DNA of 64,000 bases. Source: Sphaerodactylus townsendi. Taxonomy: Eukaryota. Positions 24,741 through 37,555 of this stretch are shown here, in pieces; position 1 is the stretch's first letter; every line of letters begins with the position of its first letter. The notes beneath the pieces were generated by a model. That model made no database searches. It was not told where the DNA came from and saw only the letters and a list, made by a program, of their open reading frames with translations. The position numbers and the translations under genes are program-made. Where the stretch lies: positions 123,256,001-123,320,000 of the forward strand of contig NC_059428.1 of NCBI RefSeq assembly GCF_021028975.2, in the 5' to 3' direction.

Positions 24741-26606
24741 GCGAACATTGTGCCACAACAGCCACTCATCTCCTTGATTGTCTTGTCCATACCAGAAGAT
24801 CCAATGGCAAGTAATTGCTCTAGTGCAGTGACAACAAACAATGTGTGGCACAGTCTAAGCCGTGACTCACTGGGACTGGATTAGACCCAGAGGGTGACTG
24901 CTCAGATGACCCTAGCCAGAAATTGCAGACATGTGTGGAGTTGGGAGCCAAAGAGCTGTTGTCCAGGTTAATCGAGTAGGTTTTTTTAACAGATTGCATG
25001 ACCTTTGTAAGTAATACTTTGTTTTAGAAGGGATTATCTGTCATAGAGGCCAGTTCTGCTTGAAAGTTCCTGAAAGAGTAGTTGAGTTTTTTCAAACTTT
25101 TAGTCAACCATCCTTCTGAGGTCAGTAAAATGAGTACCGAGCTTGCTGAGGGTAAAGTGTAGATGATTGGATAAGGCAATGGCAAACACCCCGTATTCAA
25201 AGTCTGGCTAGTCAACATTGTGATGTAACAACATCCCATGGGACAGTAATGGTCCAGTGTTTGCACCTTTACATTTAATAGCTGGCTGGCAAACTGACTG
25301 GGCTAAAATATTCATTCATTATAAGAACCATAAGTAACTTCAGACAAGTTCACATGGCAGCCATAAGTAGTAACCCAAATATGCACCCTCTATAGGTCGC
25401 CCTTCCCACAATCTTCTGTTCTGCTTTTTAAAAGAGATTTATCATTCTCACATGCAAATGTACAGATATCATAATCATTGCTACGTGCCCACTCTTGCCA
25501 GTTGACTGACTCTTATCTCCACTGCTTCGTGGTCAGATAGCCAGAGAAATTTGGCAGTTAAGATAAGGCAGAAAGTCACAAGAATTTGGACCAGCAGGTT
25601 AGTTGTAAAACCATAAACCAGTTCCAACCCTAACCCTATAGTAACAATCTATGTGAGCCATGTACCCTTTGAATCAAAAGCAGATTCCAAGTAATTCTCA
25701 TATAGTTCTATAATTGTGAATCCATCTGAATTTGCCATGCCAGAGCTCTTAGTCATCTCAGATGTCTAAAATTCTCAGCTGGCAAAGGATTTGTCATCTA
25801 GCCTAACATGTTAGGAGTTGTTTCTTGAAGATGAAATACCACAAAAAGCCAGAATCAAAGGACAGGTGTCCACTAGCATTGGTCATACACCCACAGTGAT
25901 TGCAACCATTTTACACAAGTCACACTAAAGTAGGGTATTTACAGAATACAGATTCCTTAGGGATGTCTGCACAAACAAATGGGAGTGATCTAACCGCACT
26001 GAAGGGGCTTGTAAATTCCACCAATATCAGTGGGAAGAGTTAAGTACGTGCTTAACATTCTCCCATTTAAATCAATTTTAAAATAGCTCCACTGTGGCTG
26101 GATCATGTCCAACATGTACAAGATAGACATTGATACGGAACCAATTGGCCAGTCCTTCATTATAGCTCATAAGCAAAAATGTATCACAACATGGACCTCC
26201 TGAATCCAAGGACCTCTTCCTCAAGCAGAAAAGTTCCGATGCAGAGAGGTCAAGTAATTCCCACTTCCTAGTAGACCCCACACTATCTCTGAGGGACCCC
26301 AATTCCCAAAAGCAGCTTTCCAGAGAGATTGGGGGTGGGGAACAGTGCAGATGAGATGAAAAGATCTGTTCCAGAAGTAGAACTCCACCTGTTGCCCTTT
26401 AGACCCAGTCCGAAATGTTACTTTGTAATGTGGGAAGTTCCAAGATTATTTTTTCCCTTTTCCAAAGAAAAACGGTGAATTTTTTTTGTCCGTATGAACT
26501 TGGATACAGCAAAGATTGGCAACATTTTGTATGCGTTTAGCTTTTAGAAATGTGTTCCATGTCTAGTGGTGACCCCGAGCTTCCCATTCTTTTCATATTT
26601 TAAGCA

Positions 26607-26795
26607 GGTAGCCATGTTCCCCTGAAGTAGAACAGGTAGACCCAAGTCCAGTACCACCTTACAGACCAACAGTATGTTTGGGACGTAAAGTTCAATGAGT
26701 CAAAGTACCCTTCATCAGATATCTGACAAAGGGAGTTTTGACTTGTGAAACTTTATATCCCAGAAATGTTGTTGGTCCCTGAGGTCCCTGAATCT
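26607..26795. mobile_element. Penelope-like element relic, inverted arrangement
   Basis: ggtagccatgtt..gtccagtaccaccttacagaccaac..cccttcatcagat|atctgacaaaggg..gttggtc; inverted about 26720/26721. Confidence 0.6.
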
Positions 26796-27181
26796 TATCT
26801 TTTCATGAAGAAGGAAAACTTTTGAGATGGGCAATTGACTGTTTTTGCATGCCTCTGGAACTGTTTCCTTTCTCACAGAAGAGAAGGAGCCATTATACAT
26901 CCACACTCTAATCTAAAGGGTGCCCAATGACAGATAGGTCCCAGAGCATTTAGCCAGGAAGAAATTCTTCCAGGTTAGCATCTATTAACTTTACAGTGTC
27001 TACTTTTGAATTAGCTACTCTGAATAATAAATAATAAATAGCAAGAGTTTTCTTTAGAAGTGAATTGATCTTATAAATGCAAATAGAGAGCAATAGATAC
27101 ACAAAACAAAAAGGAACAAGTCTATCAAGTGGAAAGTGGATAGTTCAACCACTACAATGTACAAACCTGTATCCACAGATA

Positions 27182-27284
27182 CCGTATATACTTGAGTATA
27201 AGTCAACTCGAATATAAGTCAAGCGGGGCTTTTTCAGCATTAAAAATGTGCTGAAAAAGTCAACTTATACACGAGTATATATTG
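27182..27284. mobile_element. Miniature Tc1/mariner (Tc2-like) MITE in the 3' UTR
   Basis: TA|ccgtatatacttgagtataagt ... acttatacacgagtatatattg|TA; same termini as 4713-5372. Confidence 0.85.
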
Positions 27285-27549
27285 TAGTTGGATATGGTGC
27301 TGTTGTTATACTGTATGGTGTGTGGATGTCATGTAAGTTGCTCTTCAACTTAATCGCTAACAGCTGTTCTGGCTGAGCAACTGATTATTACAGAAATTGA
27401 CAGAAAACAAGATTGTGAGTGAGGCATTTTGGTTTTCCCCACAAAAATAAAAGAACTGTAAATCCTCATAAGATTAGGTAGAGAATATTGGCGCATACAA
27501 AAAACACAATTCTTTGAAGATAGCACCCACTATCTTCATGGCCAGTGTC

Positions 27550-27685
27550 CAGTGGTGGGATTCAGCAGGTTTGCACCACTTCGGCAGAACCGGTTGTTAA
27601 AATGGTACTTGTAAGCAACCAGTTGTTAAATTATTTTAATCCTACCACTGGAACTGGTTGTTGAATCATTTGAATCCCACCACTG
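27550..27685. mobile_element. hAT MITE, CAGTGGTGGGATTC family, in the 3' UTR
   Basis: Terminal inverted repeats intact; TSD ccagtgtc/ccagagtc; partially duplicated right end. Confidence 0.9.
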
Positions 27686-28899
27686 CCAGAGTCAGATGAT
27701 TTGTGAAAGGTTATAGTGGAGGAAGGTCACAATGGTAATTTCTTCCTTGTGACCTTCCAGAAGCATCTGGGGGACCACTGCTGAAAACAGGATGGAGGTT
27801 GTATATCTGACCTAGAAAAGCAGTTATGTTCAGTTATATCCCAGTGTCTTGCCTCCGCTTATAAAGGTAGTGAGTGTGGAAAATATCTTGATAGTGAATC
27901 GCTTGGAGTGAGGAGTTTCATGAATCATCCCATTGATTAAATGAATCCTCTAATAACTTTGTAGGAAGCTTGAGTTTGATTTTTTTTTTCATGAGGATGA
28001 CACAATTCAAATTCACGTGGATTTTCTTTGATTGTGGCTAGAGCAAAGTAAGGTAATTGTATTGCCATTTTAAAAAATTGGGGTCATGTTTCTGATACAG
28101 GGGAGGGGAGATTTTATGTTTCTAGGAGCCCAAGAGTGTAGGGCACTGCTTGTCACAAAATGGCACCTTGTACAAAAAAATACAGCATTTTTAAGCAGGT
28201 CAGAAGTAGGTTGGTGTAATTTTGCCTCTCTCGTTTTCCTAATACAGACCCCATCACCTAAATTATAGCTTGCCCTGCCCCCACAATTGCCCTTTTAATT
28301 GCTTGGAGAGTGACCAGTCACTCCCGAGTGATCTGCCCACCCATGTTCTAAAATGCCATTCCTTTCTGGACAGATATATTCTTATGGCTCAGTGCATTTC
28401 AACATCCATTTTTCCCCACATATGAATGCACTTTTTTCCAGCAAGAAACCTACATCCTAAATCCCATGGATGATTTCTGCTGTTGGAAGAGAGGCCAATT
28501 TTTGCCACTCCCCCCCCCCCCCATGCCTCCCTATGTTCTTTCAGTGCCACCCTCCCCTTTCCTCAGAAAAAGTATTTCAGTTGTATTTTGGGATGCAGAG
28601 GGCGATAGGAAGTGAGGAAGTCATTTTTACAGACAGAAACCCACCCACCCCTCCATGGAAATCCTCCATGCAGTCCACTTCTGTTGTATAATTAGTAGAC
28701 ACAATAATTGTCTACCCAAAAACTGTTTTGGCCCTACAGCTAATAGTTCACCATTGGAAAAATACTATCCCATTAAGGAAAAAAAATCATGTGATGTATC
28801 CAGCTGCTGGATAAAACAAAAAGGGAGAGGGATCTCTTGTCTTCACTGTTACCCTGTTGGGGAATATAATTTTTTAAAAAAATATGAGTGAAACGTTTG

Positions 28900-29040
28900 G
28901 GCCCCTTCCGCACACGCAAAATAATGCGTTTTCAAACCACTTTCACAACTGTTTGCAAGTGGGTTTTGCTATTCCACACAGCTTCAAAGAGCACTGAAAG
29001 CAGTTTGAAAGTGCATTATTCTCCATGTGTGGAATGAGCC
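28900..29040. mobile_element. Harbinger-like MITE in the 3' UTR
   Basis: ggccccttccgcacacgcaaaataatgc ... gcattattctccatgtgtggaatgagcc; flanks ttg/tta. Confidence 0.7.
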
Positions 29041-32000
29041 TTACATTTTATCCACAGATACAAACTGGCTCTGAATACCAGCTATGTTAAGTCTTTAGGA
29101 ACGATCCCGATAAGTTAAGCACTTGTTATAACGCACTGGTTATAGTACAGAAATCATGGGCAACCCAGAGCTTCCAGGGGCGAAATTCAGCCAAAACTTT
29201 ATGCACATTCTCACTAGCTAAAGAGTCTAATGCACAGGGCAGAGAGGACCCATGTGCCCCCGCGTAGGTGCCATGCAAGATAGCATGTTATTGCCCCAGT
29301 TCACACAATATGGTGTTTGATACTGGGCTATGTGAATGTGTGAACTTCATACCATGCATGAGTTTTCTTTGGCAGCCCCATGCCCACATCAGATATGCTA
29401 TTTGATGCGTCAACTGAATCATACCAGAGCGTCACGTCTAGCAAGGGTTCAGTCTATTCTGGTTGTAATGGAATGTTACTTCGTTTAGCACATCGCCTTC
29501 TTCAAACTTTCAGTAATTATTGCAAAAGTATCAAGCACTTTGAAAGCTGCCAGTTGTAGTATCTGTTAACGTAACGAATTACGATTGCAGTATTCCTTTC
29601 TCTTCTCTTTTAAATTTACTTAGATATGATGATCTGTTTAGGATAAAGTTGGGCAACTGGCAGTGCCGAAGAGGCCCTACCGAGAATAGCAGTGCAGAAG
29701 TATTTCTTACACAGATTGTGTGTGGTTAACAACCAATATGAGGCGAGTCCTTTAAAGTTAGATTTTGCCACATCTTCTGTGGAAGCAATACCCCAGTCAC
29801 TGCAAAGATATCTTTTTGTACAAGTGTCTTTCAATACAGATATATTCTTCAGTACTTCAGTTGAAGAATCCCTTCCTTGTTTTCCTTTACGTAGATACAG
29901 CCGAACAAACATCACTGGGGACATCTAATATTTTGGAAAACAGTTTTTGTTCTGCATTTTTTTAAAAGGAAAATGCCAACAAGACTTGTTTTCTGCAGAG
30001 TACTAAGCGTAAAAGGTCATTGGTGTTCCCCCGGTCCCCGAGAACACATTTACGTGGCCCCACACATGGGCATGTGGCTAATTGTGCGCATGTGTGTGAA
30101 ATCTGATGCTTTGAAGAATTTAAAATAAAAAAGGACATAGCTTTTCTTCAGGCAAAAATAATTTTACCTTATTAGAAAACCAGCTTGTATTACTGTATAA
30201 TGCCTTTGCCTGTGTTTTATAGATGAAGATGTATAACAAAAAAAAAACTGCTATATTTTCACAGTTTCATTAAAGAATATCCATAACCGTGCAATGTGTA
30301 TTCAGCATGTCATACCCATTGGTACTTTTAAATATGCTGACATCAGATTGATTGCAGTACAAAGAAAATTTTAGTACGAATCTCACTTATATGGATACTG
30401 CATCTTTGCAAAAAAAAAAGAGAAAGAGAAAATAGAATTGAAGGTATTTTACTGTACTTGTAACCATTTCAATATTCTGTAATATATTACATGACAGTGA
30501 AGAAGTATTTTCAAACTCAACAGTTTTTCACAGGATGTAAATAATTGAAATGAAGGATGTTTTTGAAACAAGCTTTTAGTTTTCATCGCAGAAAAGTGCT
30601 CAGAAAAAAATCATTTTAAAACCCTTTTAACCTGGTTCACAAATTGGAAATGTGGGGACAGACTCCCCATTTGTTAAAAATATCTTCTCACTGCTCTCTG
30701 GTTGTTCAGCTTTGTATTTCCTAAGATGGTCTTAGTGGACAATGGAGTCCCCTTGAATTCCTGTGTGTGCGTTAAGTGATGTCAGGTCACATCTGGCTTA
30801 AGGTGAAGCAGTGAATTAATGGCTTCCAAATTCCTGCAAAGTGGAGAAGGAAATCAAACATGTAATTATCCAGGATCCCAAATGTTGTACAACTAGTTTT
30901 GTGCTTTCTCAAACAGCAGCCCTGCTTATGGAAAACCATTTTGGAAGCCAAAGGGTGTTCAGATAAGCAGATTGTAATACATTGTGAAAATGGCTGTGAT
31001 TCATGGTTTGCCAAAAAATGTGTGACGGGAGAGCAGCCCTTTGGATCTGAGCAAGGTGTTTTTCAAGACTTTCTAAGGTTGGATGTTGAATCTTTTCAGC
31101 TCCCATGCGGTGGGATAGCTCTTGAGAAGTATGGGAAAGCAATATCCGGTAGGGAGCACAAAGGCTACTCTGTAACTGCATACAGCGCATGAGAGCCATT
31201 GCTTTATTGACATGGTGGCAAACTCCACTGGCTTACCATGTATGCAGTGATGGTATTGGGTATTTTTGCCCTGTGGATACACATTGGAAAGCATGACTTC
31301 CCAGTACCAATCACCAGACCAAGAATAGGACCCTTTCTTCCATTCATATACAAGGAACAAATGGTTTCCATTTACATCATGGAAATCTGCAAAGCATCAT
31401 CAAGCGCCTCCTTAGAGTGAGATTCCTTTGCACCATTTGATTTGTTGTGAGCTGTGGTGCACAGGGTTTTTTTTTTTTGTGATCCACTAATAAGGTGCAA
31501 GGAGATAATTTTTGGTTGTTTAGTACAGTAGCTGTGAGCTTTTCGTTGATTGTTATTCTTCTGGTTTCTCTCCTGCCCCATGTAGCAGAACATAGCTACG
31601 CAGCTCTAACAGGTAGCTTATTCTGACCTGATTCCAGCAGAATATAACCTCTTAGATGCATTTGTAAATCTGAAAAGATTCTGAGTCGGTTGACCTTCTC
31701 ACCTAGCCCAGGGGTCCTGGTTGTGAGAAGACACATACAAGTGTCCCCTTGGAGGATAACAAGGGCTTCATGCACAGGTCCATAGGCACAAAGACCCCAG
31801 TTCCAATTATTATTCCCTTTCACAAAGGGCGTGAAATGCTGCTATGTGAGGGGCAGCAAGGAGTTCCAAGGGCCCAGCCCTTGAAGAGCGGCCTTCACCT
31901 TGTGAGGGCTTGAACTGGTTCAGAGTGTGTTAATATTGATGGTAACCAGACTCTCACAACGAGAATAGCTACAAATAAATCTATAGAGGTGAAACAATTT

Positions 32001-34397
32001 GAAAAGTGCCTCTCTGTGAACTCTAGAGCCAATGGGGACGTTCCTGCTACTTAGCAATAAGCTGCAACTGAATCACGGTATGATTTTTTTTTCAATTGGG
32101 GAAGTTACATTTGGATCACACAAATGCAATGCAGCACATCACAAAGTGCCATTTGTCTACTCTCTTCTGTTACAATTTTCTCTGTTCCAATACACATAAA
32201 TGGGATTTTCAAATGCAGAGATGGAAACAAATTTACAGGGGACTATCAAGTCATCTAGAGTTGAACCATAAACTGTAGACATAGTTTCTGTTCATCCATC
32301 TAATTACTAGTAAGTCAAGTCAATTTCTTTTTCCGGGGCATTGTCTAATAAAGTAATGGGCTCTTCCCCTCCCCCTTGAGAATCATTTTAAACAACCTTT
32401 ACTGCTAAAATGGAGTCCAGACATGTTATCATTTAAGCACTCATTTTGCCTCACATTGGTGACTGACATGTTGTCCTGGTAAAGTCTCCTCACCTCTTAG
32501 TTACCCAGACTCAGAATTTAGCCTGATGTAATTTGGTCAGATTCCTTTGATTCATAATATAGACTTCTTAAAAGACACTCTTTTAACCAAGTGAGCAATA
32601 CCGTTTTTTCTAGAATGCTGAATAATGCCTTTAAATGGCCAGAAATGTATAGAGCAGGTTGACAAGGCTATTCACTTTTTTAAAAAGACTTTTTTCACAG
32701 AACAATTTAGAAGGCAATCTTGACTGATCCCCTGAAAGTTAGAGAGCTATTTAGGTAATGATCAAAAAAAAGATAACTCATTTTTATACCAAAAATAACC
32801 TTATACCCGAAAACACATCCTTTTGTGCTGTATCGATTCTCAGAGACATTTCTGATATCAAGTACTTTGTCCGGTTCCCTCTTGCCCATTCATTTCGGAT
32901 TCTGGTTTATTTGCACAAACGGAATAATCAGAGGTGGAAGCTGAATGAACCCAAGGCAAGGGTGTGAATGATCTCGGGTGCTTCATGACTACTCAGCAGT
33001 GATTATTCAGAAAGAGACACAAGTACATATCTGGTGCTATCCATGGGAAATTCTCCACAATTAGGCTGGTGGAAGAAAGTTTCCTAAGAGATTGTGACTT
33101 CTTTTTTTAAAAAGGTGCAAAGTTCTGTAAAAGTTAAACTGAGTCAATAACCCCCCCGTTGTCCATTTTGACAAAAGAGCAAGTCTTAGATCAGGCCTGT
33201 GCAAATTGCAACTCACAAAGCTCACACAATCCAGCAGCCAGGGGTGGTGACCCACTAACTGTTTTTGCTCTTTACTTACCAAAAGAGGAGAGGGCGGTTG
33301 ATGTCCAAAGCTGATGTGGCTGGTGAATGGTATTCAGCTTGGTGGGTTGCAAGTGCTTGTCCTTGGTCAATATGTGTGTAATGCAGTGTAATTATTTTCA
33401 TACTTGTCCTATGCAAGCCTACAACAATAGCAAAATTCCTTCAGGTATTCTTTGCTGTGCCCGTTCACTTGGTAGAAGGAGGAGGGAAAGCTAGTGGTGT
33501 CAAGTGTGGGAATGCACATAACATCAGAAGCGTTTAACTGCAGGGCCAATTGTTTCTCGATTCTTCTCAAAAGTATTAACTGGTAGCTTGAGAATGAAGA
33601 GAAGAACATGTAAAGATGAGCACACATCCCCAGGAAATGATGTCATATAAGCAGTTACTTCCTCACAAAGTAGGCAGAAAGGTGGGACCAGCAAGTGACT
33701 CTGGTGTGGTACCCAATCTTCTGTAATCAAGTAGAAGACATTAAGCAGAGTCCCAAGTGTCTGTATAAGAACTGTAAGTATTAAGGTTGCCAGTGGTAGC
33801 AAGCAAAACCTTAACAGTACAAACCAGATTTACTACAGCCTAAGGCCACTGATGGACTTAGACTGAAGTAACACTTGTGTTGGATTGCACTGTTCATCCC
33901 TTAATCTTTCTTCATTGAGTTTCAAATGGTTTTTAAGTGCAAACTTTTTTTCCTTTATTCCCCTTTCGAAAGTCATTTAAATTCCCAATAGTTTCCTTCC
34001 TGTGCATTTATATGCTACATAGCAATTAAGCAGCACCTATGTTATAAGTTTATTAATGATTATGTAAGTGTTGTTCTTGTATTTATGTATAGTGTATGTA
34101 TTGTAAATATATTCAGAGCTTTTCCTCTTCTTTACTGTAAAACGGTGATTTTTCTTTTTTTTTCGTTTGTTTGCCCAATGATCATTGTAAAGGGAGTCCC
34201 CTAAAGAAACCTCATCAGAGGACAATGAATTCATGAACAAGTGTTAACGTTTTTTGAATGGTGTCTCGGACATATTCTGTTGGTGCATTGCTTTTCTGTA
34301 TTCAACTTCCCTATAAATTGAGCTGTGAATTGAAATAGAGTTTAAACCTTTAAATGTATGCATTGGTATAAATATCTGAATGGAGGCATGAAGGATA

Positions 34398-34403
34398 AAT
34401 AAA
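34398..34403 (+). terminator. Distal polyadenylation signal AATAAA
   Basis: AATAAA closes a TGTA-rich, UTR-like block (33900-34420). Confidence 0.65.
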
Positions 34404-35456
34404 GAATTTTGTATGGAATAATCCCCCCTTGACTATTACTGTGAACTTCTCTGAAGTTTTGGAATTATCTAGCTACTGACTTTCTAAAATGAAATATTTT
34501 GTTACAAAATCTTTTCTATGAACATTGATTTCTTTTTTTAAAAAAGATGTTTTTCTCCTTCTAAGGAACAGAGTTTGTGTGGGTTTGGATTTGGTAATTT
34601 GGGAGAATTTTTGTCAGTGCTATGCATTGGATATAGCTGAATGGCCGAAAGTTCACATGTTCGGAATCAACCGCTGTATGGGAATATATATGGGAACTGC
34701 CAATTTGCAGTTTTCCTTTTAATCAAACTGAGAATTTGCCATTTTAAAGGTTTGGGTCAAGATTAACATTTCTTCAAAGTTTGGGGTCATAAAGTAATAT
34801 AGAAAAGAAGACCCACTTGCAGAAGTAGTTTATATTCAAACAAACCCTTGCTAAATGGAGGATTCAAGGTAGCAGAGCAAGCTGGAAGATAGAGAGTTGG
34901 ACCCTATCATTTATAAGCAGAACTTGTTACCTTCCCATTTCTCCAGCATCCTCTTCTATGCCTCAGATACCCTCCAGAAGAAAAGGCCTCGTAGCAAATT
35001 AGAGGGGACCATTCCATCCAATTCCCCCTCTATATTACAAGCTCTTGTATCAAAAGCCATTTTAAGGAGGATTCTGCTAATCTAGAGTATCCTGAAATGA
35101 GTTAGAAGTGAATGCACAAATTGTTTGAAGTTGTTGTGAAATTATCAGGGTTGTATGCTCAAAAATAGATCCTTAATCCTGAAAACCATGTTGTTATGGA
35201 TGGTTGATTAACAGGTAGGTTTAAATACACTTATCTAATTTCAGTGGTTGTTCCAGTTGACAATTCATAGTTTACAGTGAAGTGCAAACATCAAAAATTT
35301 CTGTGCTTGAAGGGATGTCAGGTGATACAAACATCTATCCTAGAAGGTGGATCAATAATATCATATTTCACCAGTAGAAGATATTTAACTGATTTATTTC
35401 ACATGTCCTGAACACATGAAGCTGTTGCCTATTGAGTAAACCATTTAACTGTCAAA

Positions 35457-35961
35457 GGGGCTTTCCACACTACAGAAGGGAGCTAAGGTCGACTCGGTTC
35501 CCTTCAGTGGAGGGTGATTCCAGGCTGTCCCCACAGCAACTGAGTTGGCCCCCTGGAACCGAGCTAAGTGGGCAGAATCATCTTGGTGCCTGTTTCACTC
35601 CTCGATCGTGATTGGCTCTTGTGTTATGGCGGGAAACGGGAGCATTCCTTTTTTTTACAGTTTACAGTTACATGCACTTTCTGCCCGCCATGACTCTCCC
35701 GTTCTGCACATGCCACAAAAGCGGCTCGTGATTGGTTGAATGGATGAGGTGTCATTTCGATGCTTCCCCACTTCGAAGCTTCGAAGTGGTATCAACCTTG
35801 TTCCGCCAGAAAAGTGTAGTTCATAACTGCGACAAGGATGTCGCAGTTCTGGGGGGGGGGGGCGGACTGAGACAAGACAATGTTGAGCTCGGTGGCAGTG
35901 GGGATTCACTGAGGCAAACCTAGGTAGAAACCAGTTCAACTCTGTCAGTGGGGAAAGCCCC
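35457..35961. mobile_element. Harbinger-like non-autonomous element nested in a SINE
   Basis: TIR ggggctttccacact/agtggggaaagcccc; 3-bp flanks aaa/taa; the SINE resumes on the far side. Confidence 0.7.
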
Positions 35962-36623
35962 TAAGTCAGTATTCTCTACACTGGTTGGCAGGATTTCCAG
36001 AGTCTCAGATGGAGATCTTTCACATCACGGATCCTATGACCTTGGTCTGGAGATGCCAGGGATTGAACCTGGGACATTCTTCACACAGATTCAATCTTCT
36101 CCCACTAAGATATGGTTCCTCCAGAGAATGGAGAACAGTCTAATGTACAGTTCCCAATGTGGTACAACACAGGTTAATCAGGAGAGGTGAGTAGTTCATG
36201 AAGCAAACGCTGACTGGAGAAAAAAATTGCAGCAGTAGTTCAAGCAAACAAAGCTGCGTGTGCACATGCATATTCTTCACTTGATAACTGCAGCATCAGA
36301 TACTGGCTGGCATATGTTGCCCTCTTCTGCCAAAGTGGTGGAGACATTATGAACTGTGGGGTGAAATGCAGTTGCCTGAATGTGTACTCTCTAAACAGCT
36401 TCCCTGTGTTTGGGAATGCTGTGGGGGGGGGGGGGTTAAAAAAGAATAATGTGGAGCATGTAAGTGCCATGCTCATATCCTGGCAATTGTGCATACATGA
36501 GTGGGGGACAGTGTCCTTGTCTCCATTTTGCTTTTGCGTTTTGCTTTTGTCATTGTGTGTGCATCATCTGAATGAGCCATACCTGATCATCACGGAGAGA
36601 CTGTTTATTAAAATGTTTATATC

Positions 36624-36724
36624 CAGTGGTGGGATTCAGCAGGTTCACACCACTTCGGCAGAACCGGTTGTTAAAATGGTGCTTGTAAACAACCAGTTGT
36701 TAAATTATTTGAATCCCACCACTG
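36624..36724. mobile_element. hAT MITE, CAGTGGTGGGATTC family
   Basis: Perfect TIRs and TSD tttatatc; near reverse complement of 19890-19990. Confidence 0.92.
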
Positions 36725-37555
36725 TTTATATCCCACATTTCTTCTTGGCTGCATAACTCAGATGTCACTTTCAATTCAATGCTTTTCTGAAGAGTCAGTT
36801 CAGGCTTTCAGTTACCAGTTGGGTGATTAATGGATGCCATGTTTTCCACCATTGAATTCTCCATGTTAGATGGTGAGACTATGTTAATGACCATTAATGG
36901 CAGGAATACATAGGTAAACACCGAGTGGTAGGGGGTGTTTTAAAACCAGTTTATGGCAAGTTTATATGATTGGTATCTGCTTTATAGCTGTATTTTAAAA
37001 AGAAGTTCCTGGCAACTGGAGCAATGGTACAGTGGCTGGGGTGAGCATGCATGTACGTGAAACCCCAGTTGCACTCCTTGAAAGAAATATGGTGAAGCAA
37101 CTTGTTGACAACTCTCAGTGGGGTGACAAATGGATGAAAATAGTCTCTGTGTTCATGATTAGCAAAATGGCTGTTTTTTGAGCTGTTAATGTGATGAGAA
37201 ACGAGGAGCAAAAACTACTAGACCAGGAGCACAGTCTGGAAAACCCATAACACTCAGAAATAAGTGATGCTTGTGTATATGTGAGCTAGTCCCTCATATG
37301 ATTGAATTATGTTAGTCTTGCCAGACCTGGGTCGGGAAATTCCTGGAGATTTGAGGATACAGCATGAGAATGGTGGGGATTGGTGTGGGGTTTGGGGATC
37401 CAAAGCAGACATCTTATCCATGGGAACTAATCTCTGTAGTCTGGAGATTGTGTCTAATTCCGAGAGAGGTCTATGCACCACCTAGAGGTTGGCAATTCTA
37501 AAATGTTGTACTAGTACGTATCTACCCATCCAAAGCCTGAATCCACTATTGGGAG

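Larger units (their letters stand above)
22730..34420 (+). other. KLF12: Putative long KLF12 3' UTR
   Basis: Follows the stop codon. AU-rich, TE-poor blocks at ~22730-23600 and ~29400-34420 carry PUM and miRNA seed motifs, and a terminal AATAAA is present. Mammalian KLF12 is known to have a ~9-10 kb UTR. The end point is inferred. Confidence 0.7.
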
